A stretch of 64,000 nucleotides of DNA from Comamonas sp. (GTDB taxonomy: Bacteria; Pseudomonadota; Gammaproteobacteria; Burkholderiales; Burkholderiaceae_C): NCBI GenBank assembly GCA_041984925.1, contig JBHIXF010000012.1:34029-98028 (forward strand), read 5' to 3'. The position numbers were made by a program, and so were the translations under genes. The notes under the pieces were generated by a model. It was given only the letters and a program-made list of their open reading frames with translations, was not told the origin of the DNA and did no database searches. Within the stretch, counting starts at the first letter, position 1; each line of letters begins with the position of its first letter. Positions 8,680 to 19,297 of the stretch are shown piece after piece.

Positions 8680-9819
8680 ATGTCTGATTTAAGTCTTCAA
8701 CTGCAGCAGGCCGCAAGCCAACTACCAGTTTCCAGTTACTTCGACACGGCGCTGTTCCAGCGCGAGTTGGAGACCATCTTTCAACGCGGCCCGCGCTATG
8801 TGGGCCACCAGCTGGCCGTCCCCGAGATCGGCGACTACTATGCCCTGCCCCAGGAAAAGGAAGGCAGGGCGCTGGTGCGCAATGCCAGGGGCCAGGTGGA
8901 ACTGATCTCCAACGTCTGCCGCCACCGCCAGGCCGTGATGCTCAAGGGCCGCGGCAACCTGATGACCGAAGGCAAGGGCCATGCCGGGGGCAACATCGTC
9001 TGCCCGCTGCACCGCTGGACCTACAACACCAGCGGCGAGCTGCTGGGCGCGCCCCACTTCAGCCACGACCCCTGCCTGAACCTCAACAACTACCGGCTGC
9101 GCGAGTGGAACGGCCTGCTGTTCGAGGACAACGGGCGCGACATCGAGGCGGACCTGGCCGGCATGAAGCTGCGCGAGCAGCTGAGCTTCGAAGGCTTCGT
9201 GCTCGACCATGTCGAGATGCACGAGTGCCACTACAACTGGAAGACCTTCATCGAGGTCTACCTCGAGGACTACCACGTCGGCCCCTTCCATCCCGGCCTG
9301 GGCAACTTCGTGACCTGCGACGACCTGCAGTGGGAGTTCGCGCGGGAGTATTCGGTGCAGACCGTGGGCGTGGCGCCCGGATTCGGCCGCCCCGGCTCGG
9401 ACGTGTACCGGAAGTGGCACGAGGTGCTGCTGGCCTACCGCAATGGCGAGCTGCCCGATCGCGGCGCGATCTGGCTGACCTACTACCCCCACATCATGGT
9501 GGAGTGGTATCCGCACGTGCTGACGGTCTCCACGCTGCACCCGCTGGCCGTGGACAGGACGCTGAACGTGGTCGAGTTCTACTACCCCGAGGAGATCGCG
9601 GCCTTCGAGCCCGAGTTCGTGCAGGCGCAGAAGGCCGCCTACATGGAGACCTGCATCGAGGATGACGAGATCGGCGAGCGCATGGATGCCGGCCGCAGGG
9701 CCCTCTACGAGCGCGGGGACAACGAGGTAGGCCCCTACCAGAGCCCCATGGAAGACGGCATGCAGCATTTCCATGAGTGGTACCGCGGCGTCATGGGCGA
9801 CGCGGTTCCCGTGCGCTGA
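8680..9819 (+). CDS. Aromatic-ring-hydroxylating (Rieske non-haem iron) oxygenase, alpha subunit
   Basis: 379-aa ORF. Rieske ligands CRH...CPLH and the mononuclear iron motif EDYHVGPFH. No beta subunit, ferredoxin or reductase gene is adjacent. Confidence 0.85.
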   Translation: MSDLSLQLQQAASQLPVSSYFDTALFQRELETIFQRGPRYVGHQLAVPEIGDYYALPQEKEGRALVRNARGQVELISNVCRHRQAVMLKGRGNLMTEGKGHAGGNIVCPLHRWTYNTSGELLGAPHFSHDPCLNLNNYRLREWNGLLFEDNGRDIEADLAGMKLREQLSFEGFVLDHVEMHECHYNWKTFIEVYLEDYHVGPFHPGLGNFVTCDDLQWEFAREYSVQTVGVAPGFGRPGSDVYRKWHEVLLAYRNGELPDRGAIWLTYYPHIMVEWYPHVLTVSTLHPLAVDRTLNVVEFYYPEEIAAFEPEFVQAQKAAYMETCIEDDEIGERMDAGRRALYERGDNEVGPYQSPMEDGMQHFHEWYRGVMGDAVPVR

Positions 9820-10057
9820 CGGCCCTGGCTCCGGGATGCGGCCCGCCTTCATGGCGGGCCGCTTGCATTGGGAGGCCCCCGGCAGTCAGCGCCGCGCCGG
9901 CCTGCCGGGCATCCTGAGGCCGACCCAATGTCTTCGCCAATGCAATACAGTTGCCGCCACAGGCCCCGGCCAAGGCATTGACCTTGCGGGCGCCGGCAGC
10001 AACCGCCCCTTTCTTTTCCTTCAGCGCCGCGGCATCGCGGCCCACCCTATCGTTTCT

Positions 10058-10963
10058 ATGCAAGCCCTGTGGATGGTGGCGGCCGCGTTCATTTTTGCGG
10101 CCATGAGTGTGTGCGTGAAGTTCGCCTCCCAGGATTTCAACGCGGCCGAAATCGTCTTCTACCGGGGACTGGTCAGCATGGTGGCGCTGTGGTGGCTGGC
10201 ACGCCACCAGGGCATCTCGCTGGCCACGCGCTTTCCGCGCGAGCACGCCTGGCGCAGCTTCGTGGGCGTGACCTCGATGGGGGCCTGGTTCTACTCCATC
10301 GGCCATCTGCCGCTGGCCACGGCCGCCACCTTCAACTCGATGAGCAGCATCTGGATGGCGGTCTTCCTGATCGCACAGGGGCTGCTGCTGCGCCACCGGC
10401 TGCGCCGCGAGCCCGAGTCCCACGCCCTGCGCGCGCTGCCGCCGTTTCCCTGGAGCCTGGTGGCCACGGTGGCGCTGGGCTTCGTCGGCGTGGTCCTGGT
10501 GCTGCGCCCCAGCGCGGCACCGCAGGAGTTCGTGGCCAGCGCGGGCGGCCTGATCGGCGGGGTGTTCGCCGCCATGGCCTACATGCAGGTGGCCACGCTG
10601 TCGCGCATGGGCGAGCCCGAGGCGCGCGTGGTCTTTTACTTCGCGCTGGGCTCGGCCGTGGCGGGGGCGGCGGCCATGTGCTTCACGGGCGTGTCGGCCT
10701 GGCCGGGCTGGCGCGCGCTGTGGCTGCTGCCCGTGGGCGTGCTGGCCGCCGTGGCCCAGGTCTGCATGACGGCCGCCTACGCATCGGCCAGCAACAGCCG
10801 CAACACCCTGGTGGTGGCCAACCTGCAGTATTCGGGCATCGTCTTCGCGGCCCTGCTGAGCCTGGCGCTGTTCGGTGAAAGCGTGCCCCTGATCGGCTGG
10901 GCCGGCATCGCGCTGATCGTGGCCAGCGGCGCCCTCGCCACGGCGCTGCGCTCGCGCGGCTGA
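10058..10963 (+). CDS. EamA/DMT family transporter
   Basis: Start placed at the ATG at 10058 (MQALWMVAAAFIFAAMSVCVKF). About 10 hydrophobic helices with a duplicated EamA-type organisation. The upstream part of the ORF-track frame is non-protein-like. Confidence 0.8.
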   Translation: MQALWMVAAAFIFAAMSVCVKFASQDFNAAEIVFYRGLVSMVALWWLARHQGISLATRFPREHAWRSFVGVTSMGAWFYSIGHLPLATAATFNSMSSIWMAVFLIAQGLLLRHRLRREPESHALRALPPFPWSLVATVALGFVGVVLVLRPSAAPQEFVASAGGLIGGVFAAMAYMQVATLSRMGEPEARVVFYFALGSAVAGAAAMCFTGVSAWPGWRALWLLPVGVLAAVAQVCMTAAYASASNSRNTLVVANLQYSGIVFAALLSLALFGESVPLIGWAGIALIVASGALATALRSRG

Positions 10964-11044
10964 GGCAGCACGCGGAAGCATAATGGATCGGTTTTCTGCG
11001 GCGCGGGCGCCCTCGGCCCGTGCCGGTTTCCGGAGTCCGCATCC

Positions 11045-11950
11045 ATGACAAGCAACACCTCGTTCCAGACCCTGATCTCCGTCCAGGAGCTGGCCGCCCT
11101 GCAGGCCGGCGGCCGCCCGCTGATGGTCTTCGACTGCAGCTTCGACCTGGCCCAGCCCACGGCGGGCAAGGCGCAGTACCTGCAGGCCCACATCCCTGGC
11201 GCCGTCTTCGCCGACCTGGACCACGACCTCAGCGCCAGGCACGGCGCCCTTGGTGCGCACGGCAGCGTGGCGGCCAGCGGGCAGGCCGCCTCGGGCGGGC
11301 GCCATCCGCTGCCCAGCCGCGAGCGCTTTGCCATGTGGCTGTCGGAGATCGGTTTTTCCAACGACATGCAGGCCGTGGTCTACGACCGCAATGCCGCCAA
11401 CTACTGCGGGCGCCTGTGGTGGATGCTGCAGTGGGCCGGCCATGCCGACGTGGCCGTGCTCGATGGCGGCCTGCAGGCCTGGCAGGCCGCGGGCCAGCCC
11501 GTGGCCTCGGGCGAGGAGGTCGCGCGCTTCCAGTCCAATTTCGAGCTGCAGCCCCCATTGCAGCAGCTGGTGACGGCGCAGCAGGTGCTCGATGCGCTGG
11601 GCAGCGCCGGCCAGACCATTGTCGATGCGCGCGCGCCCGCACGCTTTCGCGGCGAGGTCGAGCCGCTGGACCCGGTGGCAGGCCATATCCCCGGCGCGCT
11701 CAACCGCCCTTTCTCCGAGAACATCGCCGCCGACGGCCGCTTCAAGCCCGCCGCCTTGCTGCGCGCCGAGTTCGAGCAGCTGCTGGCCGGACGCGATCCG
11801 GCCAGCGTCGTGCACCAGTGCGGCAGCGGGGTCAGCGCCCTGCCCAACCTGCTGGCCATGCGCATCGCGGGGCTGCCGGCCGCGCGGCTGTTCGCGGGCA
11901 GCTGGAGCGAATGGTGCAGTGACCCGAAGAGGCCGGTGGAGCGCGGCTAA
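11045..11950 (+). CDS. sseA: Sulfurtransferase, tandem rhodanese domains (3-mercaptopyruvate sulfurtransferase type)
   Basis: 301-aa ORF with two rhodanese-like halves. The active-site loop CGSGVSA matches the CG[ST]GV MST-type motif. Confidence 0.8.
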   Translation: MTSNTSFQTLISVQELAALQAGGRPLMVFDCSFDLAQPTAGKAQYLQAHIPGAVFADLDHDLSARHGALGAHGSVAASGQAASGGRHPLPSRERFAMWLSEIGFSNDMQAVVYDRNAANYCGRLWWMLQWAGHADVAVLDGGLQAWQAAGQPVASGEEVARFQSNFELQPPLQQLVTAQQVLDALGSAGQTIVDARAPARFRGEVEPLDPVAGHIPGALNRPFSENIAADGRFKPAALLRAEFEQLLAGRDPASVVHQCGSGVSALPNLLAMRIAGLPAARLFAGSWSEWCSDPKRPVERG

Positions 11951-12251
11951 TTCAGCCTATGGGCAGGGCCGAATCGACGCACAATGAGAACGCGATGTCA
12001 AAAACCCGGCACTGCCATCCGCCCTGCCCCGCCTGCCTGCGTGCAGTGTCTCCGCGTCCTCCCTTGCTTACGGCTCCTGTAAGGAAAAACTGACAAGGCA
12101 CCTGACACAACCAGACACGCCGCGCAGTGCTGCCCCGACTTCAGCGCCAAAGGCCCCTCCTACACAATTCACTCCAACAGATCGCAACAACTTGAACGAC
12201 TGGTTACCAGGATGTTGCGGCACCGAGATGCTTTGTGCAAATGAGGGTCCT

Positions 12252-12578
12252 ATGAACAACGAACAGCTGCTTGCCGAAATCCGTGAAGCCAACCTCACCT
12301 ACCTGATGTTGGCCCAAACCCTGATCCGCCAGGACAAGGCTGAGGCCGTGTTCCGGCTGGGCCTCAACGAAGAGTCCTGCGATCTGCTGGCATCGCTGTC
12401 GGCGGCCCAGGTGCTCAAGCTGGCATCGCGCAACACCTTGCTGGCCAGCTTCCGCGTTGACGACGAAATGGTCTGGAGCCTGCTGACCAACCACAGCAGC
12501 AACAAGATCGGCAACGGCGCGACCAACACCCTGCATGCCAACATCCTGATGGCAAGCCGCGTCTCCGAAGTCCTCTGA
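12252..12578 (+). CDS. flhD: Flagellar master transcriptional activator FlhD
   Basis: 108-aa product from the ATG at 12252 (MNNEQLLAEIREANLTYLMLAQTLIRQDK...LGL...LASLSAAQVLKLA). flhC follows 28 nt later. Confidence 0.92.
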   Translation: MNNEQLLAEIREANLTYLMLAQTLIRQDKAEAVFRLGLNEESCDLLASLSAAQVLKLASRNTLLASFRVDDEMVWSLLTNHSSNKIGNGATNTLHANILMASRVSEVL

Positions 12579-12606
12579 TCCATCCGAAAGAACTCCGGAG
12601 CCCGCC

Positions 12607-13149
12607 ATGACCGCAGCCGCCAAAAGTGTCCTGAACGAATCCAAGCAGATCGAGCGTGCCGCCATGCTCATCGCCATGGGCGCCCGCATGCAGGTGCTCG
12701 AATCGGAGACGACGCTGTCCTATGAGCGCCTGATCAGGCTGTACAAGGAAATCGCCGGCAAGTCGCCGTCCAAGGGCCAGCTGCCCTTCTCGACCGACTG
12801 GTTCCTGACCTGGCAGGAAAACATCCACAGCTCGCTGTTCCTGAACATCTACGAATACCTCTCCAAGGGCGCCGAGCTCGACCCCGTGGAGCAGCTGACC
12901 AAGGCCTACCGCCTCTACACGGAACAGATCCAGTCCGCCGAACTCGACCCCCTGCTGTCGTTCACGCGTGCATGGCGCCTCGTGAAATTCGTGGACGCGC
13001 AGATGCTCACGCGCACCCAGTGCTCGGTCTGCAAGGGCCAGTTCGTGACCGAGCCCTACGAGAACGAACGCCACTACCAGTGCGGCCTGTGCAATCCGCC
13101 CGCACGCGCCGGCAAGAGCAAGAGCGCCGGCTCCCTGATGCTGCATTGA
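12607..13149 (+). CDS. flhC: Flagellar master transcriptional activator FlhC
   Basis: 180-aa ORF with the FlhC core (IERAAMLIAMGARMQVLESET) and the C-terminal Zn-binding cysteines (CSVCKG...CGLC). Confidence 0.93.
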   Translation: MTAAAKSVLNESKQIERAAMLIAMGARMQVLESETTLSYERLIRLYKEIAGKSPSKGQLPFSTDWFLTWQENIHSSLFLNIYEYLSKGAELDPVEQLTKAYRLYTEQIQSAELDPLLSFTRAWRLVKFVDAQMLTRTQCSVCKGQFVTEPYENERHYQCGLCNPPARAGKSKSAGSLMLH

Positions 13150-13155
13150 CGCCGT

Positions 13156-13180
13156 GGCGCCGCCCTGGGGCGGCGCCTTT
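13156..13180. terminator. Hairpin between convergent flhC and the EIIC-EAL gene
   Basis: GGCGCCGCC-CTGG-GGCGGCGCC (9 bp) followed by TTT. It lies in the 30-nt gap between the two stop codons. Confidence 0.55.
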
Positions 13181-15267
13181 CAGGCTGCGGCGCAGCCTGC
13201 CGCGAACTGCGGGATCTGGTCGCCGGGCATGGCGCGGCTGAAGTACCAGCCCTGCACCAGCAAATCGCCCTGGTAGTGCAGGGTGCGGTACTGGGCCTCG
13301 GTTTCCACCCCTTCGACGACCACGCCCAGCTGCAGGGCCTCGCAAAAGCGCAGCAGGCCGTCCATCACCAGCGCGCCCTTGGCATGCTCCAGCGCCACGA
13401 CGAAGCTGCGGTCGATCTTGATCACGTCCACGTCGAACTGGTGCAGGTAGCTCATGGATGAAAAGCCTGTGCCGAAGTCGTCGATGGCCACCTTGGCGCC
13501 GAAAGCATGCAGCCGCCCGATGACCGCGCGGATGCTGTCCACATCCTTCATGAGCGCCTCTTCGGTGATCTCCACGCCCACCCGGCCGCGCGCCGGGGCC
13601 AGCACGTGAAGCAGGCGTTCGCAGTGCTCGGGCGAGCTCAGCGTGGCACCCGACACGTTGATGCTGATGGGCAGCAAAAAGCCCTGCTCCTTCCAGAGCC
13701 GGCTCTGGCGCACTGCCGCGACGGCCACCCACAGGTCCATCTCCCGCATCAGCCCGGCCTCGGCCAGCCAGCGCAGAAAGCTGCCGGGCGGCTGCAGCCG
13801 CCCCTGCGGATCACGTGCGCGCAGCAAGGCTTCGCAGCCCAGGCAGCGGCCATCGAGCGCGATCTGGGGCTGGAACTCCAGATGGAACTGGTATTCGCTG
13901 ATCTGCCGGATGTGGGCGAACATGGTCTCGCGCAGCGCCTGGGCCTGGTGGGCATGCACCAGCGGATCCTGGGCCAGCAGCCGCGCATCCTCGGGCAGGC
14001 GCGAGAACGTGGTGTCCAGCGCATGCAGATGGATGGGACCGTCGCCGTCCCTGAGCCGGTCGATGGCGCGGACATACGGCGCATAGACCATGACCCCCAG
14101 CACGATCAGCCCCAGTTGCAGGGCCACGGCCGCCACGTCGCCGCCGGTGCTGAAATAGGCGTTGAACACCACGGGCGAGTTCAGCGGCAGCGCCATGGTC
14201 GCCGGCGCGACCCAGCCGACCTGCACCATGGCCAGCGCCAGCACCAGATTCATGGCCGGCGCCAGCAGGAAAGGCACCAGCAGGCGCCGGTTCAGGATGA
14301 TGGGCAGGCCGAACAGCAGGATTTCGTTGACGTTGAGCAGCGACATCGGCAGCGCGGCCAGCGCCACCATGCGCAGGCCGCGCCCCTTGCAAAAGGCCAG
14401 AATGGCCAGTACCAGCGACAGCGTGGCCCCCGCGCCGCCGATGAAGACAAAGCAGCCCATCAGGCCGCCGGTGAGCGCCCAGCGCGGGGCAAGGCCTTGC
14501 GCGAGGTCGGCGGCATTGGCCAGCACGGCCTGGTCCAGGGCCTGGAAAAAGGGCTGCATGGCGTAGTAGCCCTGGATGCCGAAGAACCACAGCGTGGAGT
14601 TGAGCAGCGCCAGGGTCAGGCCGCTGCGGTAAGGGGTCTCGGGCGATGCGATGCCGTGCAGGAACTCGGTGGGCGCCCGCACCTCCAGCAGCTGCTGCAC
14701 CCCCACCAGGCCGGCGACGAGCAGCAGCGCGACGGCCGCGCCGGGAATGACCAGGTTCATCACCTCCTGCACGTTCTCCGAAATGAAGCCGCCGCGCGCG
14801 ATGCGTGTCCAGCGCTGGCTGCCGAGCCGGGCCATCAGCGGCACGGTGACCAGGGGCGAGACGATGGCGATGAACAGCACCAGGGTGGAGGCCGCGCGCG
14901 GATGGCCTGCGAGCATGTAGTCGGCCACCTGCACATGGGCGATGCACAGGAAGGTGATGGGCAGCCGCGGCAGGTGGTAGCGGATGGTCAGCATGTAGCC
15001 GATGGAGGCGGCCACCAGCATGGGCATGATGCTGCCGATGGCGTCATGCAGGCCGGCCAGCGCCTGGACCAGCCAGGGCGGCAGGCCTGCCATCTGGCCC
15101 AGGGCCGACAGCATCATGAAGGCTGCCGACAGCAGCAGGCAGGGCACCAGCCACAGCAGGCCTTCCCGGATGGCCCGCATGGAGTCGGCACCCGCCAGCG
15201 TGGCCAGCCGCTGCGACAGAAACAGCTGCAGGTCCGGCCGGGCCGGACGCGGCGTCATCTTGCCCAT
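13180..15267 (-). CDS. Membrane-bound cyclic-di-GMP phosphodiesterase: PTS EIIC (ChbC/cellobiose-type) domain fused to an EAL domain
   Basis: 695-aa ORF. The N-terminal ~430 aa align by eye with ChbC blocks (LWFFGIQGYYAM, FVFIGGAGATLSLVLAIL, NVNEILLFGLPIILN). The C-terminus carries a full EAL signature (GCEALLRA, ISINVS, EITE, IDDFGTGFSS, KIDRSF, EGVETE, QGWYFSRA). Confidence 0.85.
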   Translation of the reverse strand: MGKMTPRPARPDLQLFLSQRLATLAGADSMRAIREGLLWLVPCLLLSAAFMMLSALGQMAGLPPWLVQALAGLHDAIGSIMPMLVAASIGYMLTIRYHLPRLPITFLCIAHVQVADYMLAGHPRAASTLVLFIAIVSPLVTVPLMARLGSQRWTRIARGGFISENVQEVMNLVIPGAAVALLLVAGLVGVQQLLEVRAPTEFLHGIASPETPYRSGLTLALLNSTLWFFGIQGYYAMQPFFQALDQAVLANAADLAQGLAPRWALTGGLMGCFVFIGGAGATLSLVLAILAFCKGRGLRMVALAALPMSLLNVNEILLFGLPIILNRRLLVPFLLAPAMNLVLALAMVQVGWVAPATMALPLNSPVVFNAYFSTGGDVAAVALQLGLIVLGVMVYAPYVRAIDRLRDGDGPIHLHALDTTFSRLPEDARLLAQDPLVHAHQAQALRETMFAHIRQISEYQFHLEFQPQIALDGRCLGCEALLRARDPQGRLQPPGSFLRWLAEAGLMREMDLWVAVAAVRQSRLWKEQGFLLPISINVSGATLSSPEHCERLLHVLAPARGRVGVEITEEALMKDVDSIRAVIGRLHAFGAKVAIDDFGTGFSSMSYLHQFDVDVIKIDRSFVVALEHAKGALVMDGLLRFCEALQLGVVVEGVETEAQYRTLHYQGDLLVQGWYFSRAMPGDQIPQFAAGCAAA

Positions 15268-15383
15268 AATCTCCCACCTTTTCAGCAGGAGTCATGCGCC
15301 CCTGTTGGGCTGCATCCTACAACGCACGCGCGTGCCGCCGCGACCACATTCTGCAAGACGGCGACCGCAGGCCGCCGCCGCGC

Positions 15384-18236
15384 TCAGCCGGTGTTGCGCA
15401 CGCCGGCGGCAATGCCGTTGATGGACAGGTGGATGCCGGTCTTGATGCGCTCGTCGGTCTGTCCGCCGCGCCAGCGGCGCACCAGCTCGACCTGCAGGTG
15501 GTGCAGCGGGTCGATGTAGGGGAAGCGGTGGCGGATGGAACGCGCCAGCGCCTCGTTGTGCGCCAGCCGCTGCTTGTCGCCCGTGATGCGCGCCAGCGCA
15601 TCGACCGTGCTGTGCCATTCGGCCTCGATGGCGCTGAAGATGCGCCGGCGCAGGCGCGCGTCGGCCACCAGGTCGGCGTAGCGCGAGGCCAGGTTCAGGT
15701 CGCTCTTGGCCAGCACCATGTCCATGTTGGACAGCAGGGTGCGGAAGAACGGCCACTGGCGGTACATCTTCTGCAGCAGGGCCAGCTGGGCCTTGCCGTC
15801 CTTGCCCGGCTGCTCGATGAAGGCCTTGACGGCCGCGCCGAAGCCGTACCAGCCCGGCAGCGTGAGCCGGCACTGGCCCCAGCTGAAGCCCCAGGGAATG
15901 GCGCGCAGGTCCTCGATCTTCTGCGAAGGCTTGCGCGAGGCCGGGCGCGAGCCGATGTTCAGCTCGGCGATCTCGCGGATCGGGGTGCTGCTGAAGAAAT
16001 AGCTGGTGAAGCCGGGCGTTTCATAGACCAGGGCGCGGTAGGCGGCCATGCTGGACTCGGACAGGAAGGCGGCCGCATCCAGGAAGGCGCGCGTGGCCGG
16101 CTTGGTCGGCTGCAGCAGCGTGGCCTCCAGCGTGGCCGCCACCAGGGTCTCCAGGTTGCGCCGCCCGATCTCGGGGTTGGCGTACTTGGAGGCGATGACC
16201 TCGCCCTGCTCGGTCAGGCGGATCTGGCCGCGCACCGTGCCCGGCGGCTGGGCCAGGATGGCCTGGTAGCTGGGACCGCCGCCCCGGCCCACGGTGCCGC
16301 CCCGGCCATGGAACATGCGCAGGCTGATGCCATGGCTGTCGGCCAGCTCGTCGAACAGGCCCACCAGCGCGATCTCGGCGCGGTACAGCTCCCAGTTGCT
16401 GGTGAAGATGCCGCCATCCTTGTTGCTGTCGCTGTAGCCCAGCATGATGTCCTGCTCGCCGCCACTGCGCTGCACCATGGCGGCCACGCCGGGCAGCTGG
16501 AAATAGCGGCGCATGATGGGCGCCGCGCTGCGCAGGTCGCCGATGGTCTCGAACAGCGGCACCACGATCACGTCGCAGACCGCCCCGTCGTCCAGCGTGC
16601 CCCGCAGCAGGCCGGTCTCCTTTTGCAGCAGCAGCACCTCCAGCAGGTCGCTGACCGACTCGGTGTGGCTGATGATGCAGTGGCGGATGGCCTCGGCCCC
16701 CAGGCCCGCGCGCAGGCGCCGCGCGGCCTCGAAGATGGCCAGCTCGCCCCGCGCATGCGCGGAGTACTCGGCCCCCACCACGCGCAGCGGCCGCGCCTCC
16801 TCCAGCAGGCGCACCAGCAGGGCGCACTTGGCGTCTTCCTGCAGGCCGCTGTAGTCCGGCTCCAGGCGCGCGGTGGCCAGCAGCTCGGCCACGACCTCCT
16901 CATGCTTGTCCGAGCTCTGGCGCAGGTCCACCGTGGCCAGGTGAAAGCCGAAGACCTGCACGGCGCGCATCAGCGGGCGCAGGCGCTGGGTGGCCAGGGC
17001 TTCGCCATGGTTGCGGCTCAGCGACTCGTCGATGACCCGCAGGTCGGCCAGGAACTCCTGCGGCGAGGCGTAGGCATTCTGCGGCGCCACGGCATGGCGC
17101 GCGGCCTCGCCGCCCGTCAGGTCCTTGAGCGTAGCGGCCAGGCGGGCGTAGATGCCGGTGAGCGCGCGGCGGTAGGGCTCGTCCGAGCGGTGCTCGTTGG
17201 TGTCGGGAGAGCGCTCGGCCAGGGCCTGCATCTCGGGCGTCACATCGGCCAGGCGCTGGGACAGCGACAGCTCGCCGCCCAGGTAATGCACCTCGCGCAG
17301 ATAGTGGCGCAGCGCCACGTCGGCCTGGCGCGACAGCGCCAGCTCCAGGCTCTGGGCCGTGACATTGGGATTGCCGTCGCGGTCGCCGCCGATCCAGTGG
17401 CCCATGCGCAGGAAGCTGTGGATGGGCAGGGTGTTGCCCAGTTCCTGCTCCAGCTGGGCATAGAGCTTGGGGATCTCGCGCAGGAAGGTGGCCTCGTAGT
17501 AGGACAGCGCGTTCTCGATCTCGTCGGCCACCGTGAGCTTGGAGTAGCGCAGCAGGCGCGTCTGCCACAGCTGGCTGACGCGGGCGCGCAGCTGGGCCTC
17601 GTTGCGCTCCAGCTCGCGCGGGGTCAGCGCATCCTTGGCGCTGTTGTACAGCTGGGCGCGCACCAGGATGTCCTCGCGGGCGGCCAGCAGCTGGGAGATG
17701 TCGCGCTCGGCCACGAGGATGCTCTGGCGCTGGACCTCGGTGGGGTGGGCCGTGAGCACCGGGGCCACATAGCTCCTGGCCAGGGTCTGGGCCACGGTGC
17801 CGGCCGAGATGCCGGCCCAGCGCAGCCGCGCCAGGGCCACCTCGATGCTGCCCTCCTGCGTATTGCCCGCGCGCTCGTGCACGGCGCGGCGGCGGATGTG
17901 GTGGCGGTCCTCGGCCAGATTGGCCAGGTGGCTGAAATAGGTGAAGGCGCGGATCACGCTGACCGTCTGGTCCGTGGTCAGGCCCTTGAGCAGGCGCTTG
18001 AGCGCGCGGTCCGCCGTCTCGTCCGCATCGCGGCGAAAGCTCACCGACAGCTGGCGCACCTGCTCGATCAGCTCGAAGGCCGCGACGCCCTCCTGCTCGC
18101 GGATCACATCGCCCAGAATGCGCCCCAGCAGGCGTATGTCCTCGATCAGCGGCAGGTCCTTGTCCGCCTTGCGGACGGGTCTGTCATCGCGCCTGTCTTC
18201 ACGCTCGGTGCTCTTGCGGGGGGCGGTGGCCATCAA
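15384..18236 (-). CDS. ppc: Phosphoenolpyruvate carboxylase
   Basis: 950-aa ORF with Ppc signatures ([33 protein letters not shown]-terminal NTG). Confidence 0.96.
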   Translation of the reverse strand: MMATAPRKSTEREDRRDDRPVRKADKDLPLIEDIRLLGRILGDVIREQEGVAAFELIEQVRQLSVSFRRDADETADRALKRLLKGLTTDQTVSVIRAFTYFSHLANLAEDRHHIRRRAVHERAGNTQEGSIEVALARLRWAGISAGTVAQTLARSYVAPVLTAHPTEVQRQSILVAERDISQLLAAREDILVRAQLYNSAKDALTPRELERNEAQLRARVSQLWQTRLLRYSKLTVADEIENALSYYEATFLREIPKLYAQLEQELGNTLPIHSFLRMGHWIGGDRDGNPNVTAQSLELALSRQADVALRHYLREVHYLGGELSLSQRLADVTPEMQALAERSPDTNEHRSDEPYRRALTGIYARLAATLKDLTGGEAARHAVAPQNAYASPQEFLADLRVIDESLSRNHGEALATQRLRPLMRAVQVFGFHLATVDLRQSSDKHEEVVAELLATARLEPDYSGLQEDAKCALLVRLLEEARPLRVVGAEYSAHARGELAIFEAARRLRAGLGAEAIRHCIISHTESVSDLLEVLLLQKETGLLRGTLDDGAVCDVIVVPLFETIGDLRSAAPIMRRYFQLPGVAAMVQRSGGEQDIMLGYSDSNKDGGIFTSNWELYRAEIALVGLFDELADSHGISLRMFHGRGGTVGRGGGPSYQAILAQPPGTVRGQIRLTEQGEVIASKYANPEIGRRNLETLVAATLEATLLQPTKPATRAFLDAAAFLSESSMAAYRALVYETPGFTSYFFSSTPIREIAELNIGSRPASRKPSQKIEDLRAIPWGFSWGQCRLTLPGWYGFGAAVKAFIEQPGKDGKAQLALLQKMYRQWPFFRTLLSNMDMVLAKSDLNLASRYADLVADARLRRRIFSAIEAEWHSTVDALARITGDKQRLAHNEALARSIRHRFPYIDPLHHLQVELVRRWRGGQTDERIKTGIHLSINGIAAGVRNTG

Positions 18237-18345
18237 CGAATCTCCTGGAAACGGTCAGAGTGTCGGTTTGCTTGGGCGTCGGTCCGGTGCCGCAGCGTTA
18301 TTGCGGCGCAGCATGCTAGCATTGCCCGTTACCCCGAGACCTTTG

Positions 18346-19284
18346 ATGAATACCAAATCACCGCTTCCCCACCCTGTCGTCATCGCCACGCGCGAGAGCC
18401 AGCTGGCCCTGTGGCAGGCCGAGCATGTGCAGGCGCTGCTGCGGGAGCGGGGCCATGAGGTCGAGTTGCTGGGCATGACGACCAGGGGCGACCAGATCCT
18501 GGACCGCACGCTGTCCAAGGTCGGCGGCAAGGGCCTGTTCGTCAAGGAGCTGGAAGTGGCGCTGGAAGAAGGCCGCGCCCACATCGCCGTGCATTCGCTC
18601 AAGGACGTTCCCATGGAGCTGCCCCAGGGCTTCTCCCTGGCCTGCGTGATGGAGCGCGAGGACCCGCGCGATGCCTTCGTCTCGCCGCGCTACGCCACGC
18701 TGGCCGAACTGCCGCAGGGCGCCGTGGTGGGCACATCGAGCCTGCGCCGCCAGGCCCTGCTGCAGGCGCTGCGCCCCGACCTGCGCATCGAGCCGCTGCG
18801 CGGCAACGTGAACACCCGCCTGCGCAAGCTCGATGAAGGCCAGTACGACGCCATCGTGCTGGCCGCCGCCGGGCTGATGCGCCTGGGCCTGGCCGAACGC
18901 ATCCGCATGAAGTTCGATCCCGCCGACATGCTGCCCGCCGCGGGCCAGGGCGCGCTGGGCATCGAGATCCGCGCCGGCCGCGAAGACCTGGCAGCCGCCC
19001 TGGCCCCGCTGGCCCACCCATCCACCTGGCTGACCGTGACGGCCGAGCGCGCCGTCAGCCGCTGCATGGGCGGCAGCTGCTCCATGCCGCTGGCCGCCCA
19101 CGGCACGTTCGATGGCGACCTGCTGCGGCTCGATGCGGCCTGGGGCGATCCCGAAGGCCGCCTGCCCCTGGTGCGCGTGCACGGCAGCGCCACGGTCACC
19201 GACTTCGCCTCGGCCGATGCCCTCGGGCAGCACGTCGCCAGCCTGCTGCAGGCCGCGGGCGCCCGGCCGGCCACCGCTTCCTAG
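18346..19284 (+). CDS. hemC: Hydroxymethylbilane synthase (porphobilinogen deaminase)
   Basis: Start at the ATG at 18346 ([28 protein letters not shown]). HemC blocks are present throughout. Divergent from ppc. Confidence 0.94.
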   Translation: MNTKSPLPHPVVIATRESQLALWQAEHVQALLRERGHEVELLGMTTRGDQILDRTLSKVGGKGLFVKELEVALEEGRAHIAVHSLKDVPMELPQGFSLACVMEREDPRDAFVSPRYATLAELPQGAVVGTSSLRRQALLQALRPDLRIEPLRGNVNTRLRKLDEGQYDAIVLAAAGLMRLGLAERIRMKFDPADMLPAAGQGALGIEIRAGREDLAAALAPLAHPSTWLTVTAERAVSRCMGGSCSMPLAAHGTFDGDLLRLDAAWGDPEGRLPLVRVHGSATVTDFASADALGQHVASLLQAAGARPATAS

Positions 19285-19297
19285 CCAGCGGGCCGAC

